From Eledone cirrhosa (taxonomy: Eukaryota), in the NCBI GenBank assembly GCA_964016885.1, contig OZ024742.1, positions 313,038,001 through 313,102,000 on the forward strand: a DNA stretch of 64,000 nt, given 5' to 3'. Both the position numbers and the translations under genes were made by a program. Shown piece by piece: positions 1 through 13,555 of this stretch; the stretch's first letter is position 1, and the number at the start of each line of letters is the position of its first letter. The notes beneath the pieces are model-generated. The model was not told the origin of the DNA, made no database searches, and saw only the letters and a list, made by a program, of their open reading frames with translations.

Positions 1-854
1 GATTTTAATTCGAATCCTTTATAATCAGTGGTTTCATTTCATAAAACAAAAGCCAGTTTGGGGCAGGTTGGCATCAAAAGGGTTAATCAATAGATTTGAT
101 GTTTCACACTGGTCTCATGGGAATAAATTCTTTCAGTTTATACCCATTGCTACAATTTATAAAGTGGCTAGTATCATGATAAAATGTATGTAGTATGCCC
201 TGGAAAGTGGTTGGTGCTGGGAAGGGCGTCAAGTCATAAACTTCTTAATGAAAAAGGTAGAGAGGATCCTTCAATCACGTTAAATATATACCAACCTCTT
301 GAATGCTGATATCATGATACAATGAACCTAGAAATGCTGTAAAGTGGTTGCTATTAGGAAGGACATCTAACCATAGAAACCATGCCAAAAATGGCAGAGA
401 GGACTCTTCAGTCACATTAAAGAGACACCAAACCTTCCAAGTGCTGATACCATGATAAAATGCATCCAGTACACTCTGTAAAGTATTTGGTGTTAGGAAG
501 GACATTCAGCCATAGAAATCTGACCAAAACTGGAATGTATGCAAGCAAGACAACCCCTACCCACTGGCTGGTCTATAAGAACAGTAGTAGCTCCACTTAA
601 ATACCAACTTCGGATATCCTATCCAAACCATGTCAGCATAATGATGATAATGATGATAATTGAACTATCATCTATCTACCAGTTTTTACAACCTAATCCA
701 AGTTCAATATTTAAACATATACATACACACATATAAAAGTGAGTATTTTTCTATTTCTCTTATTATCAGTTCTTCAATATCCCATTTTTTACGATGGTAT
801 GGTTGAAAAGAATCTAATTAATGTAAAGAACATTATTGTTTGTTTTTTCATTAT

Positions 855-1320
855 TGTGAGGTCAACATCCTGAGAATTTCACATATTTTCACCTTTCTTT
901 GGTTCCTCTATTGGCAGTTCATGGCACATAGATCTTCACATATATTCCCCAATTTTGAGTACCACCATTGGCAGTCCAACTTCCTGAGATTTCCATATAT
1001 TTTTTCTCTTTCTTGGGTACCTCCATTGGCAATCCATAGAAGTGAGATCTTCACATATCTTCCCATTTTTGGGGTACCTTCATCGGCAGTCCAACATCCT
1101 GAGATTTTCACATATCTTTCTCTGTTTTGGGTACATTCATTGGCAGTCCAACATCCTGATATTTTCACATATTTTCCCCTTTTTGGGGTATCTCTATTGG
1201 CAGTTCTCAGCACTGAGATCTTCACATATCTTCTTTTTTGGCTACCCCCATTGGCAGTCCAATATCCTGAGATATTCCTATATCTTTCTCTTTCTTGGTT
1301 ACCTTCATCGGCAATTCACA
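855..1320. repeat. ~57-bp minisatellite, about 8 copies
   Basis: Unit core CATTGGCAGTCCAACATCCTGAGATTTTCACATAT recurs at ~909, 966, 1024, 1081, 1138, 1195, 1249, 1306; explains the repetitive ORFs 840-1494. Confidence 0.85.
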
Positions 1321-1823
1321 GCAAATGTTTCACCCTGCATTCCTTACCCATTTGCATCAGAAGCCAATGCAGTCATCTTTTGCACATTGCACCTATTCCA
1401 GCCTGTGTGGTTGCACAAATTCATTGAAATATTGGAATCACAGTTCTCCTCAATCAGAGTTGACCATTTTGAAATGTTTATAATTTTTAAATGAATTTCT
1501 ACTAAAAGATCAATTAAGCACATATCTTCTCAAGGAGGTAGGAGAGTTTCTCTTCTTATTTAAAATTCTTTAATTTATATTAAGTTACGTCCTTTAGAAA
1601 GTCCCAAGTAATTTCCAGTTGCATTGATCAGCACATTTGAGCACTAAGAATAAAATTACATTACACAATATTTCACTTAGACTGTGTATCCGAGGAAATA
1701 ATATATATTTCTAATGTAACGAGGAATCCAATGTAATTTAGAAATTTTTCTGTCACCCATGGTTTTAATGCTTCAAAATAACAAGAGCTATGAAGCAGCA
1801 AAAAAAGCTTGCTCTAAAACCCA

Positions 1824-2041
1824 TTAACCCTTTAGCATTCACATTACTCTATATATACTATTATATTTTCATGGTAAAGGCTTTACCTCGCATAATTATC
1901 TCAGATAATATCGAATCTATGAGATTTTGAAAGTATTTATTTTGAGAACAATACCTTAACAACAGTATGAGTGGCCAGTTTCAACAGAAAGAGCTAGAGA
2001 ATTCTGGCCGGTTTTGGCCGGTTTGAACATTAAAGGGTTCA
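1824..2041. mobile_element. piggyBac-like MITE (TTAA-CCCTTTAGCATT family)
   Basis: TTAA CCCTTTAGCATT ... AACATTAAAGGG TTCA termini; same body as four other copies in the window. Confidence 0.7.
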
Positions 2042-2155
2042 GCAGCATAATAGTCAATACCATTGGCTAGAATGATCAATATGGCCAATAACAATTATCT
2101 GTCAACTAATCAGCACAACTTTATTATGTATAGATTAAGCCAGAAGATGTTGTAG

Positions 2156-2587
2156 TTAACCCTTTGGCAATTATATTACTCTATATTTACTATTATATTT
2201 TCACAGTAAAGACTTTACTTCACATAACTATCTCACATTATATTGAATGTGAAGGGTCGGATTGGCAGTATCGGTAGAGGGTCGGACGCCATGCTTTGCA
2301 GCATAGAATTACGGCCCTTTATGATCTGAGTTCAAATCCCACCGAGGTTAACTTTGCCTTTCGTCCTTACGGGGTTGATAAATTAAAGTACCAGTAATGC
2401 ACTTTGATAATTGCTGGCCTTGTGCCAAAAGTAAAAACAATTATATCGAATCTATGAGATTTTGATATTATTTATTTTGAGAACAATACCTTAACATCAG
2501 TATGAGTGGCTAATTACAGCTGATTTGGACAGAAAGAGGTGAGAAAATTCTGACCAGATATGGCCGGTTTAAATGCTAAAGGGTTAA
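2156..2587. mobile_element. piggyBac-like MITE interrupted by a tRNA-derived SINE
   Basis: TTAA CCCTTTGGCAATT ... AATGCTAAAGGG TTAA; SINE inserted at ~2250-2439. Confidence 0.75.
2250..2439 (+). mobile_element. tRNA-derived SINE, family A
   Basis: A box TGGCAGTATCGG, B box GAGTTCAAATCC, central CTTTGCCTTTCGTCCTTACGGGGTTGATAAATTAAAGTACCAG; imperfect ATTATATYGAAT duplication on both sides. Confidence 0.8.
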
Positions 2588-3087
2588 TGGACTGTTCCCC
2601 TAGTGAAACTTGAAGTAATATGATCTATACATCTAGTGTACTGTACAAATATGTGTGTGTGTGTGTGTGTGTGTGCATATTTTTGAAAGTTCATTAATAT
2701 AAATGTAAAATTTTTATAAACAAGTAAATGAGTAAACTTTTTAAAATACATGTTTGTGTATGTCTGAAGTATTTGTGAGTAAGTATTTTAATGTTTTCAT
2801 TTATCATGTTAAATTTATTATGTATTTAACCTATTGTACTCATCTCATATATTCATATTATTGTTAGTTCTTATTAAGTTACCTTAGTTACATATTTAAA
2901 CTGCTTAATTGCATATAGCGATATTATTATGGTTAGTTTTGCTGTTGTATATGAAACCTTAGTAGAGAATTTCACTTTTCAATTCAGTCAGTGACAGTAA
3001 GTGGATTTCAAGATGAGGAAAGATAAAACCCTGGATGTAATGCTGGTATATATGACATTTTACACTAAATGTTTACAAGTATGCTCA

Positions 3088-3129
3088 CACAACAACAATA
3101 AGGACTACAGCAACAACAAGAACTACTGC

Positions 3130-3166
<37 letters not shown>

Positions 3167-3440
3167 GCAACAACTACTACTACTGCAGCAGCAGCAGCAA
3201 CAACAACAACAACGACTGCAGCAGAAACAACAATAACAACTACTACTGCAGCAGTAACAAGAACTACTGCAGCAACAACAAAAACTAAAACAACAACAAC
3301 TCCAGCAACAACAACAACAACTACTCCAGCAACAAAAACAACAACAAGAACTACTGCAGCAACAACAACAATAATGACTGCAGCAGCAATCAAAATATCA
3401 CAACCAGGACAATGAACTACAAAAACAACAACAAAACAAC
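3088..3440. repeat. Compound (AAC/AGC/TAC)n trinucleotide microsatellite
   Basis: Directly visible; source of poly-N and poly-V ORFs. Confidence 0.9.
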
Positions 3441-3809
3441 ATCAATACAAAGGTGAGATCTCTAATAACAACTGTAACATCCTAATCATATTCCTCATTT
3501 AACACCTGTTTCTTTTTCTAGCAACGATTGGAGGGGTCTTTATACACAAAGTCGGTACTCAAGGAGAGTTACTGACCTCTCAGGTGGACTAGAAGACTAC
3601 ATTTTACTTGTATACATTCCAGCACTTTGCCGAGTCTGTTCTATCATGGTATCAGCATGAGAGAGATTGTCATGTCTTTGACACAATTGAAGATTCCTCC
3701 TGACACTTTGCAACATCTACACCAACCACAAGAACCACAAAGGCAACAAAAACAACAACAAAACAATACACATATGTGTGTGTATTTGAGTATCCTTTTC
3801 TAGTCAATC

Positions 3810-4340
3810 AAAAGGTATCTTGTGTGTGGGATACCTCCTAAGATTATGAATGCAATTAAAGCTATGTTTAAGAATACCTTAGCACTTGTAATGACAATCA
3901 AAGGAAATACAGACTTAGTCTCCATTGATACCAGAGTCCTTTGACTCCATTCCTTTTTGTAATCAGCCTTCAGTATCCATTGTATGCCATTGCACCATTA
4001 GCTAGGATAATGCTGAAAAGTCAGCAAAGTACCAGACTCCCTGAGAAGGTTCTACTTGAATTGATTTGTGTAGATGTCATAGTTCTCTTGGAAAACACCA
4101 ACAAAGAAGCTAAGGACATATTACAGAGAGTTAAAATTGCAATGCAGTCCATCATACTCTTCTTGAATGGTGATAAACAAAGTCCACGCATTTCAATACA
4201 ACATTAAATGACCAAATGCATGTGCTAGATGGTTTGGCAATTGAAAAATCACGTCCTTACCTAAGTGGTTAAAAGGCATGTAAATTGTGCACGATGGAAC
4301 ATCTTAAGACGGCTGCTTACTGCAATAAACATCCCTAGAT
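3810..4340 (+). mobile_element. Old degenerate non-LTR RT fragment (RTE/RTE-X-like)
   Basis: Translation KIMNAIKAMFKNT...LTPFLFVISLQY...VDVIVLLENTNKEAKDILQRV resembles RT motifs 3-6 with a decayed YADD; frameshifts. Confidence 0.6.
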
Positions 4341-4550
4341 GATTTCATGTAGTGAGGCAATTATGTGAACAGAACAGAACCACTGGAAATGAACAAAAAT
4401 ACAAAGATATTGACCAACAAATGGAAGAGGAATGTGCTAAATTACCTGAAGGAAAGATTCTGTAAAACTTACTAAAACTCCAGAAACAAGAATACGAAAC
4501 ACAGAATTTATGCCACTGCAATAATGGAAAAAAGAGTGAAAATTGCTTCC

Positions 4551-4766
4551 TTAACTCTTTAGCATTTAAACCAACCATATCCGGTCAGAATTCTCTCACA
4601 TCTTTATGTTCAAACCGGTCATAACTGGCCACTCATACTGATGTTAAGGCAATGTTCTCAAAATAAATAATATCAAAATCTCATAAATTCGATATTATAT
4701 GAGGTAAAGTCTTTACCATGAAAATACAATAGTAAATATAGAGTAATGCAAATGCTAAAGGGTTAA
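4551..4766. mobile_element. piggyBac-like MITE
   Basis: TTAA CTCTTTAGCATT ... AATGCTAAAGGG TTAA, opposite orientation to the 1824 copy. Confidence 0.75.
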
Positions 4767-4784
4767 ATATAAAAAAGGTTTTAA

Positions 4785-5460
4785 GAGTCTCAGACAACTC
4801 TTTCATAAAGAAACTCAACAAAACAAGAATATTTGCAGAAACAGCCAAACCACCAAACCCAGTGTATAGACATAATTCCCCTCAACTCAAAATAAACACA
4901 AACAATTGAAAAAACACACACAATCACTACAATATAGATAATCACAATCAACAGAGAACAAATAAATAAAAACAATTTATTAAAAAACATCTATCACAAT
5001 TAAATATGTAATTGTCCTCCATTAGACAATAAATTGTATCCTATAGACGGAAATAACCAATTTACACACACCGTAGGCAAACCTATACATGTTAAACCAC
5101 ACACACACACACACCATAACATAGAAGGAAAAAATCATAATTCAAGGAAACTTTCACTAAAATCCTTTTTTCTTTCTTTCCTTTCCTTTTTTTTTTTTTT
5201 TTCAAATCCTCCAGAAACCTATTCTTTGACAAATTTTGCACCCTACCCCCTACCAAAGGACCCCTTTCACTCATGCTTATACTTCCATTTGTATTTTACT
5301 TCCCTTCTTTCTTTTATTATTGCTTTTATCTACAAACCCTACATATAGACTTGATCTTTTAATCCCCCATGTATACACAAACACAACACAAGACAAAAGA
5401 AAAACTTTATATCAACTCTTAACTATTTCTAGCTACTGTCAAAAACCCTGAAAATAACTT
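4785..5460 (+). mobile_element. Possible highly decayed Penelope-like remnant
   Basis: Patches translating to RVSDNS, IFNPP, ISSYC and PIDGN loosely echo Penelope RT C-terminal and GIY-YIG motifs; order partly scrambled. Confidence 0.3.
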
Positions 5461-5886
5461 GAGTTTTTGACCCAATAGAACCTACCTAAATGCACTCATA
5501 CACACTATAGAACAACAAAATGCCATCTGGACCATTATTATGTATAGAAAAGGAATTTTCTATTTAAACCAAGAGAATTTTCTAGTGAATCAATTGAATC
5601 CTGATCTGTTGAACCCCACTTACACCATCACCACCCCTCTTTCATAAAAAACATATATATATATATATATATATATAAGAAGAAATTTTCTGACAGAAAA
5701 TTCACAGCATATGAGAACACACTTTTTAAATATTTGGTAAGATTGACATACCAATCAAAAGCACTACTATATGACAAAACTTAAATCCATTTAATGTAAC
5801 AATTATAAAAATATTCATTCCATTGCATTAAAGAAAAAAATAATGTTTAAATATACTCTTGTGCCTTTTCACTTTTACCTATATAC

Positions 5887-5974
<88 letters not shown>

Positions 5975-6062
5975 AAAAGGCAAACAGAAATAACAAAGCA
6001 AATAACACAGTTCAATGAAGAAATATATTATTAGTTTTACGCTTGATATAGTAGGGAAAGAG

Positions 6063-6098
6063 TCTTAACGTTTCGGACGCTAGTGCTTCATCAGAAAA
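6063..6098 (-). ncRNA. Degenerate minimal hammerhead ribozyme (Penelope type)
   Basis: Minus strand TTTT-CTGATGA-A-GCAC-TAGC-GTCC-GAAA-CG-TT-AAGA; palindromic ACGT in place of stem III; one mismatch in stem II, weak stem I. Confidence 0.45.
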
Positions 6099-6257
6099 TA
6101 GAATGAGAAATTAAAGAATAAATAGAAAGACTGAGGGGATGGGCAGGGTGGAAATGGAAAAAAACTTTTTTTAGAGAAAAATAACAGGTTCACTCGTGTC
6201 ACCATCTCTTGGAAAACTGTTGATGTTGGCGTTTTGTGTATGTGTGTGTATATATAT

Positions 6258-6462
6258 CCAGGTGGAAGATAGACACAGTAGAGGAAGACCATGAAAAACA
6301 TGGACGGAGGTAGTGAGAGCTGACCACAGATCGCTGAAGCTCACAGAGATGACGAAGGACCATGACAAATGGAGAGATACTGTACTGAAAAGGACCCATC
6401 CCACCCTTGCAAACAAGGAAAAGCGGACGTAAAATGTTGATGATGATGATGATGATAATGAT
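6258..6462 (+). mobile_element. RTE LINE 3' end (older family)
   Basis: RGRP*KTWTEVVRADHRSLKL C-terminal motif followed by CCCACCCTTGCAA...CGGACGTAAAATG and (TGA)n tail. Confidence 0.75.
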
Positions 6463-6594
6463 GGGGATATATACACTGTACACTAAACATGATAAACAGT
6501 CACAAAGTTACAGAAAATACTGTAGATATCACACAGTTATAAATATCATACAATTATACAAGACATAAATATACAAGTGTTTTAAGGTTTTTTT

Positions 6595-7285
6595 TAAGTA
6601 GGAGTTAACCTAAGTAGTCCCATGACAAGCTTCTCCATTTTGTCTTATCATCTGCTTCACTAATGTCCTGGCTTTTATTTCCCCTTCCATCATCTTTATC
6701 CATGTCTTTCTTGGTCTTCCACTTCTTCTACTTCCACATTCATTCACATTACTCATCTCACCCAGTTACATTTATCCTAGCACATGAACTAACCATATTA
6801 CATTTCTCTTCACAATATTCATCACTGGCTCTCTTTCTCTCAGCCAGTCACTTTTATCCTTCCTCGACATATGACCTAACCATATCATTACATTTCTCTT
6901 CACAACATTCATCACTGGTTCTATTCTCATCATTCTTGCAATTCATTGTTCATTGTTCTCTTTCGAAGAGATACTCCACTCATCCACAGAATCATTCTTA
7001 TTTCCAGTCTTTCCAGTCTTTTCTGTTGTTCCATATTCATCACTCATGTCTTGCTTCCACATGTTCAGCATCACCTTTCTCTTCAGTTTTCAGCAACATT
7101 CTTTTTCTCATTAGCACACCACTTAGTTCCCAGAATTTTAATGCACATCTCACTCTAGCTATTGTCACCAAGTCTGATACACCTTCTCCATTTAACATAT
7201 CTTCTAGGTAACAAAACGTTTTTACACCATTCCCAAGAACCAATTCAATACATTCTTCATATGTAGCTGCCTCCATACACACTTT
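6595..7285 (-). mobile_element. Old RTE LINE C-terminal fragment with internal duplication
   Basis: FCYLEDMLNGEGVSDLVTIARVRCALKFWELSGVL matches the RTE thumb region; ~90-bp duplication at 6780-6930. Confidence 0.7.
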
Positions 7286-7739
7286 CATCATCATTTAACA
7301 TCCATTTTCCACGCTAGCACGGGTAGGACAGACTGTCTCTTTGTGAGAGATCTTGCTGGAGGACTGCGTTTAGCTCTTTGGCTTGGTTTCTATGGCTGGA
7401 TGCCCTTCCTAATGCCAACCGCATTTACAGTGTGTGCTGGGTGCTTTTTGTCATGACACTTACACAACCACTTTACTGGGTACTTTTTGCAGTGTCACCA
7501 ACACAACCACTTTACAGTGTGGGCTGGAGGTTTCATTGGATGTATACTTCAGCTTGTCTTCATTTTACTCTTAAATATTGCTGCCACGTAACATAATAGT
7601 CCTGTGTGTATCTGGTTTAGAATGTGTTAAGTATGTTTCTTTGTTTCATAAGTGACAACTAAACTGTTGATGCCAAGAAGAGCAGCCAAGCATTAAACAT
7701 TGCCTCAAAAAAAAGGACCTCATGATGACTATTATGGTT

Positions 7740-7930
7740 TCTGATTTAGGCACTAGGCCAACAATTTTGTGAGAGGGGAAAGTTAATTAAATTGACCCCA
7801 GTACATTACTGGTACTTTATTTTATCAACCCCGTAACTTTGAAAGACAAAGCTAACCTTGGCAGGATTTAAACAGAACGTAAAGGGATTTAACTATATGC
7901 TGCAAAGCATATTGTCCTATGCTTTACCAA
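7740..7930 (-). mobile_element. tRNA-derived SINE family A, degenerate
   Basis: CTGGTACTTTATTTTATCAACCCCGTAA...AAAGACAAAGCTAACCTTGGCAGGATTTAAAC is the reverse complement of the family A body. Confidence 0.65.
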
Positions 7931-8508
7931 TGATGAAGTATAATATATCAATATATAACTTATAAAATTATTCAACATTTCATATGTCATCATCATCATC
8001 GTTTTAACATCCGCTTTCCCTGCTAGCTAGGGTTGGATGGGTCTACATAGACAAAGTTAGTACTAAAGTAGGGCCACTGATCACTTGCATTATGCTTATA
8101 TATGGTTTCACATTCTACTGGGGGCACAGGAAAGGTTGTCATATCTTTTGACACAACTGAAGGATCCTCCCAACCCTTTGTTTGGCAAGCAGTCTATGGC
8201 TGAATGCCTTTCCTAACACCAACCACTTTACAGCATATACTGAGTGTATTTATAATGTAGATATCACCAACACTGAGGAGTTAGTTGTGCCCTTGACACA
8301 ACTGAAGGGTCCTTCCAACCCTTTATTTGGCAAGCTTTCTACAACTGGATACCCTTCCTATCACCAACTACATTACAGCATGCACTAGATGTGTTTATTG
8401 TGTATAGAGTAAAAATTAAAAAGTTAATGCCGTAAATTGTTAATTTCATTTACCTGTGACAGATGACAGGTGAGCTTGATATAATGAATTTAAGGTTACC
8501 TTACATAC

Positions 8509-8538
8509 CTTACATCACTCAGAGAAGTTTGAAGTGAC
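8509..8538 (-). CDS. Candidate 30-nt phase-2/phase-2 microexon (SLQTSLSDV)
   Basis: Pyrimidine-rich acceptor CTCTGTTGACTGTCTCTCTTAG and donor AAG|GTATGT; frame-preserving; no homology recognised. Confidence 0.35.
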
Positions 8539-8734
8539 CTAAGAGAGACAGTCAACAGAGGACAGGAGTTTCAGTGATTACCATTCTGGTGATTATATTA
8601 ACTCAAATGTCAGTGTCGCCTTTTTAGTGATCAATTATTTGATGATAGTTCTGGATAATCACAAATTAGTTATATCAGAAAGGCAATTACTCTAGTGAAT
8701 TAGCATCAAATGTGTAACATAAGAAGATGAAGGC

Positions 8735-8756
8735 AGGGAGGGGGTGATGAGGGGGA

Positions 8757-8820
<64 letters not shown>

Positions 8821-9040
8821 GAGAAGGAGAAGAGAGAGGAGAAGAAGGAGGAGAGAAGAAGGAGGAGAGAAGAAGGAGGAGAGAAGAAGGAGGAGAAGAA
8901 GAAGAGAGAGAAAGAGAAGAACAAAAAAAGAAAAGAAGAAAAGTAGTAGAGAGACAGAGAGAAGGTGGTGCTGGTTTTGGTGAAAGAGGATGAGAATGAG
9001 GAGATGATGGTGAAAGATGAGGAAGAGGAGGAGGAGGACA
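8735..9040. repeat. (GA)n and GA-rich low-complexity tract
   Basis: Directly visible. Confidence 0.9.
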
Positions 9041-9170
9041 GAATTGACTTTACCATATTAACAACCATGGAAAACAACAAACCCATGTGAATGACTGTTA
9101 TAAGAATATTAGGAAAATGTAGAACATAGTATAAGAGAAAATAGGATGTTTTCATTAGCATTATATTAAT

Positions 9171-9503
9171 GGAAGGTAGGGCAGTGGATTGACAGTATCA
9201 ATAGAGCGCCAGACGCCATTCTTGGTGGCATAGAGTTACGCTCCTTTATGTTCTGAGTTCAAATCCTGCTGAGGTTAGCTTTGCCTTTCATCCTTACAGG
9301 GTTGATAAAATAAAGTACTAGTAATGCACTGGGGGTGGTTTAATCGATCCCCCCCCCCCTTCAAATTGCTGGCCTTGTGCTTAAAGTAGAAACAATTATA
9401 TTAATGGGAGGTAGGGCAGTGGATTGGCAGTATCGGTAGACCGTCAGACACCATGCTTTGCGGCATAGGGTTATGTCCCTTTACGTTCTTAGTTCAAATC
9501 CTC
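9171..9503 (+). mobile_element. Tandem SINE family A (one full copy plus one head)
   Basis: Two heads GGCAGTGGATTGRCAGTATC...GTTCAAATCC, each preceded by ATTATATTAATGG. Confidence 0.75.
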
Positions 9504-9544
9504 TCAATTGTTCTGAGATGTAAAGAATCTAAGGTTTTAGGCTC

Positions 9545-10160
9545 TTACCTTTGTAGAATGTAGAATGCATTTTAGAATGCATTGTGCAGGCTTCCTTGAG
9601 GGGATGAGTATCTCAGTCTTCACAGCATTGATTTTCATTCTTGCCATGCAGCACTTGACTGCAAACCTTCCAATGAGTTACGTAGTACCCTGTCTCCTGC
9701 AAATTCCAGCCAACTGATTCTATACCTACCAGTCTTGATGCCACTTCCAACCTGGCTGCACATGTCAGTCCTGTTCATGAAAGTTGTGAACAGGAGAGGT
9801 GACATTACACACCCTTGGCAGAGTCTGACACTCTGATCAAATGGTTTTGACTTAGCACCATTTATCCAATCACAGATACTAGGATAATTTTATAGAGACT
9901 TCAAGGCAACAAGAAGCTATCCATTGATCCCATACTCCTTGTTAAGCCTCCCTGGTAAAATATATGCTGCATTTGGTAAAGAGATAGAGATTTTGTTGAG
10001 TCCAAGTTAGCTGACAAATAGTGTGGCTTTTGCTCCAGACAGCACAGTCAACCAAATATTCACTCTGCAGCAGGTCTTCAAGAAATTGTGGGAGTATATG
10101 CTTGTTTCATAGACCTCAAAAAGGCATACCACTGTATTCCACAGGACTTGTTGTAGAAGG
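9545..10160. mobile_element. Decayed non-LTR RT fragments in opposite orientations
   Basis: Minus strand GVRLCQGCVMSPLLFTTFMNR (RT motif QG..SP.LF); plus strand CGF...STVNQIFTLQQV...YACFIDLKKAY. Confidence 0.6.
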
Positions 10161-10929
10161 TTACATTTCTAAATATCTCTAAATTCTTGATTATTTTCAA
10201 AATTCTTTGGAAATTATGTCTTTCAGTAGAAATATAGTAAAAAAAAAAAGGATTACGCATATTAATTGAATTCTCTTACAAACTTCACTATGGACTTATT
10301 GTCACCAACATCACTAGTTCCATTAGATTCCACATTTTACACCATTTATGCTATAATTCCCTAATTGGAATCCTGCCTCTCCCTGTCTCCTTCCCTACTC
10401 ACTTCAATAAGGATGAAGATGGCTATCTGCTAGCCAATCAACAGACAGATATCTCCTTCACTTTCACCATTTTCTCCACTGGGACCATGAAGCATTGGCA
10501 TGACAGGCTGTGATTTTGTTGGCTTTTTACACAATAAAATTTAGTGCCTCTTATGAATAGGTATTAATAGTTCTGTTAATTGAACAACTAGAACCCTTAT
10601 TTATCTGAAAAGCAAGATCTATTCATGTGTGTGTTTTTGCTGTTTAAGTAAACAAAAACTTGGAGGTAGGTGGATGGATGGGGAAGAATGAGTTGTAAAT
10701 GAAAATGTAATAAATTTTAACAATGTCTTTCTCCACTCTAGATCCTCAAGGAGTCCAACATAATTTAGCATAGTTGGAGTAAAAATATCAAGTCATTTGA
10801 CCCTTACAGGTCAGAGAGTTTGTTTAGCTGTTTCAATGTTTATTCAGAGCAGCTGGTCAATGTACAGGTTTTGGTTGACACTAAAGAAGATTAGAGGACA
10901 GGTCTGTTGTATTGTGTGTATGTGTGTGA

Positions 10930-10969
<40 letters not shown>

Positions 10970-10991
10970 TTACATACAATACAAGAGACCT

Positions 10992-11095
<104 letters not shown>

Positions 11096-11239
11096 GAATC
11101 TATATATATATATATATATATAGTCCCACCCTTGCAAGCAGGGAAAAAGCAGCCTTAAAATGAAATGATGATGATGATGATATATATATATATATACAAT
11201 GCTTCAAGAAACTACAAATTCCATATATATATATATGCC

Positions 11240-11526
11240 CCCATCCCCTCCCACTGCAAAGTGGTCTTGGAGGTGTCCCGACAAAAAAGCACCCAGTCCA
11301 CACTGTAGAGTAGTCGTGTAGGTGTAGGCGCCACAGTAAAAAAGCATCTAATACTCACTGTAAATTAGGCTGGTGTTAGGAAGGGCATGCAGCTGTAGAA
11401 ATCAAGCCAAAATTAGTTCCTGTATAAACAAGACATGGTCACCTGACCTGGTATTGCCAACAACAGGACAACCCGTCTAACCCATGCTAGTGTGGAAGAA
11501 TGGACGTAAAATAATGATGATGATGA
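11240..11526 (+). mobile_element. 3' half of SINE family B with RTE-derived tail
   Basis: GGTGTTAGGAAGGGCAT...CCCATGCTAG...GGACGTAAAA then (TGA)n. Confidence 0.7.
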
Positions 11527-11536
11527 TATATATATA

Positions 11537-12564
11537 GAGTGCCCACAAAATACTAACTCTTTCAATTGCACAGAGGGCTCTATAGAAATAGTGGACAGCT
11601 TCCGTTACCTGGGTGACAAAATCAGCAGTGGGGGAGGGTGCTCTGAAAGTACAGTAGCTAGAGTCAGAACTGGATGGAAAAAGTTCAGAGAGCTTATACC
11701 ACTATTAGCCGCTAAAGGGTTCTCCCTAAAAATGAAAGGCAGGTTGTATGATGCCTGCATACGAACAGCAATGTTGCATGGCAGCGAGACCTGGGCATTG
11801 TGCGCAGAGGATATACGCAGACTAGAGAGGAACGAAGCTTGCATGCTCCGCTGGATGTGTAATAGTAATATACGTGAACGGCAAAGCATAAACGAACTAA
11901 GGAAAAAATTAGAAATAAGAGGGATCAGATGTTGTTTACTCGAGAGAAGGCTACGTTGGTACGGACACGTGATGCGCATGAAAGTCGATAGCTGTATAAC
12001 AAAGTGCAGGGCAATAAAGATAGACGGTAGCCACGGAATAGGCAGACCTAGAAAATCCTGGGACGAGCTGATAAACTCCGACCTCACACACTTACACCTC
12101 TCCAAGACAATGTCACTGGACCGAGACCTTTGGCGGTACTCAGTAATAGAGAAGACCCACCTTACCTAAATACATAGTAAAATCTACTACAGCCAGTAGG
12201 CATCTCTAACAAAATACACCCCCGTCCCACCATCCACACCCCCATCCACACCACCCCCTCCTATGTAAAGTTATGTTGGTGCCACAACATCCAGGCCGAA
12301 ACAAATGAGATCGTGTAGGTGTCACGACAAAAAAACACACAGTCCACGCTGTAATGTGGCCGTGTAGGCAACACGGTAAAAACCTCCCAGTCCCACACTG
12401 TAAATGTGGTTGGTGTTAGGAAGGGCATCCAACTGTAGAAAACCTGCCAGACAGTCCTATGCGAGCAAGACAATCACTCTTGCCTGAAGTGGGAATACCC
12501 CCGTCCAAACCCATGCAAGCGTGGAACACGGACGTTAAACGTTGATGATGATGATGATGATGAT
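11537..12564 (+). mobile_element. 5'-truncated young RTE LINE, copy A
   Basis: ORF 11591-12169 (FRYLG...[11 protein letters not shown]...GRPRKSW) almost identical to 31588-32612; 3' UTR and (TGA)n tail; inserted in a TA tract. Confidence 0.95.
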
Positions 12565-13406
12565 ACATATACACACTCACACACACATATATATATGCAA
12601 AATCTCTCCACATATACTGACCCCTAAAAACACAGATGTTCAGTTTTTCTTTAAATAGCGTTGGTGCCAGTAGTCTGGAGAAACTGACCAACTTGAGGTT
12701 AGATAAGATTTTCTTAAACCCATTCTGCTCTCATTTCTCAGAAGAGAAAGACTTTGCACAGAGTTGCTCTAGCAAGCACATAGAGGTAGTTCTTCAGCTC
12801 TCTCGACAAGGATGGCACCTCGATAACAGTTAGTTCAATACATCCTGTCAGACTACTACTGGAGATAGTTGCTTCTGCCAAGACCCACTACAAAGAGTAT
12901 TTGCAGGCTCTACCCGCATGAATCTCAAAGGAATATGTGGGCAAAGAAGAAGGAGGAGAAGAAGAACATTCTCATTAAGTTGGTGTTTAAAACATAATTT
13001 AAGAAAGGTTCTTACATAAAATTATGATGGAAGGTTTCTAGATAAATATAAACATTTTAAAACAACTGTCTTTGTGTCATAGACTTGGTTTTAGAGAGTT
13101 TGTTATCTAAAGGGTTAATTGTTTTGAGTACTGAAGAATATAACATTTTACAGATATTGCCAATCCACATGCTAGCATGGAAGATGGATGTTAAACAATG
13201 ATGGCAACGATGATGACGACGATGATGATGATGATGTTTATCCTTTTTTCAATTTACAAGGAAATTCGTATTTTCTGGCATGTTTACATGCCTATATATT
13301 AGATATGTGTATATATTTATACACATTGGAGCAGTCTCTATTACACATTCTGTACTTATACAGATATAACTTTATCATACACTTTGGCTGCTAGTGCACT
13401 TTTTAC

Positions 13407-13555
13407 TGTGTGTGTGTGTGTGTGTGTGTGCGTGTGCGTCTGTATCTGTGTGTGTGTGTGTGTGTGCGTGCGTGCGTGTGTGTGTATGTGTGCGTGTGTG
13501 TGTGTATGTGCGTGTGTGCGTGTGCGCGTGTGTGTGTATGTGTGTGTGTGTGTGT
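13407..13555. repeat. (TG)n/(TGCG)n microsatellite
   Basis: Directly visible. Confidence 0.9.

Noticed and set aside
3001-3393. Poly-Asn and poly-Val ORFs
   Set aside because: Trinucleotide microsatellite with no splice or homology support
12610-12930. Possible L1/Tx1-like linker fragment or exon
   Set aside because: Only vague motif similarity with multiple stops; too weak to call
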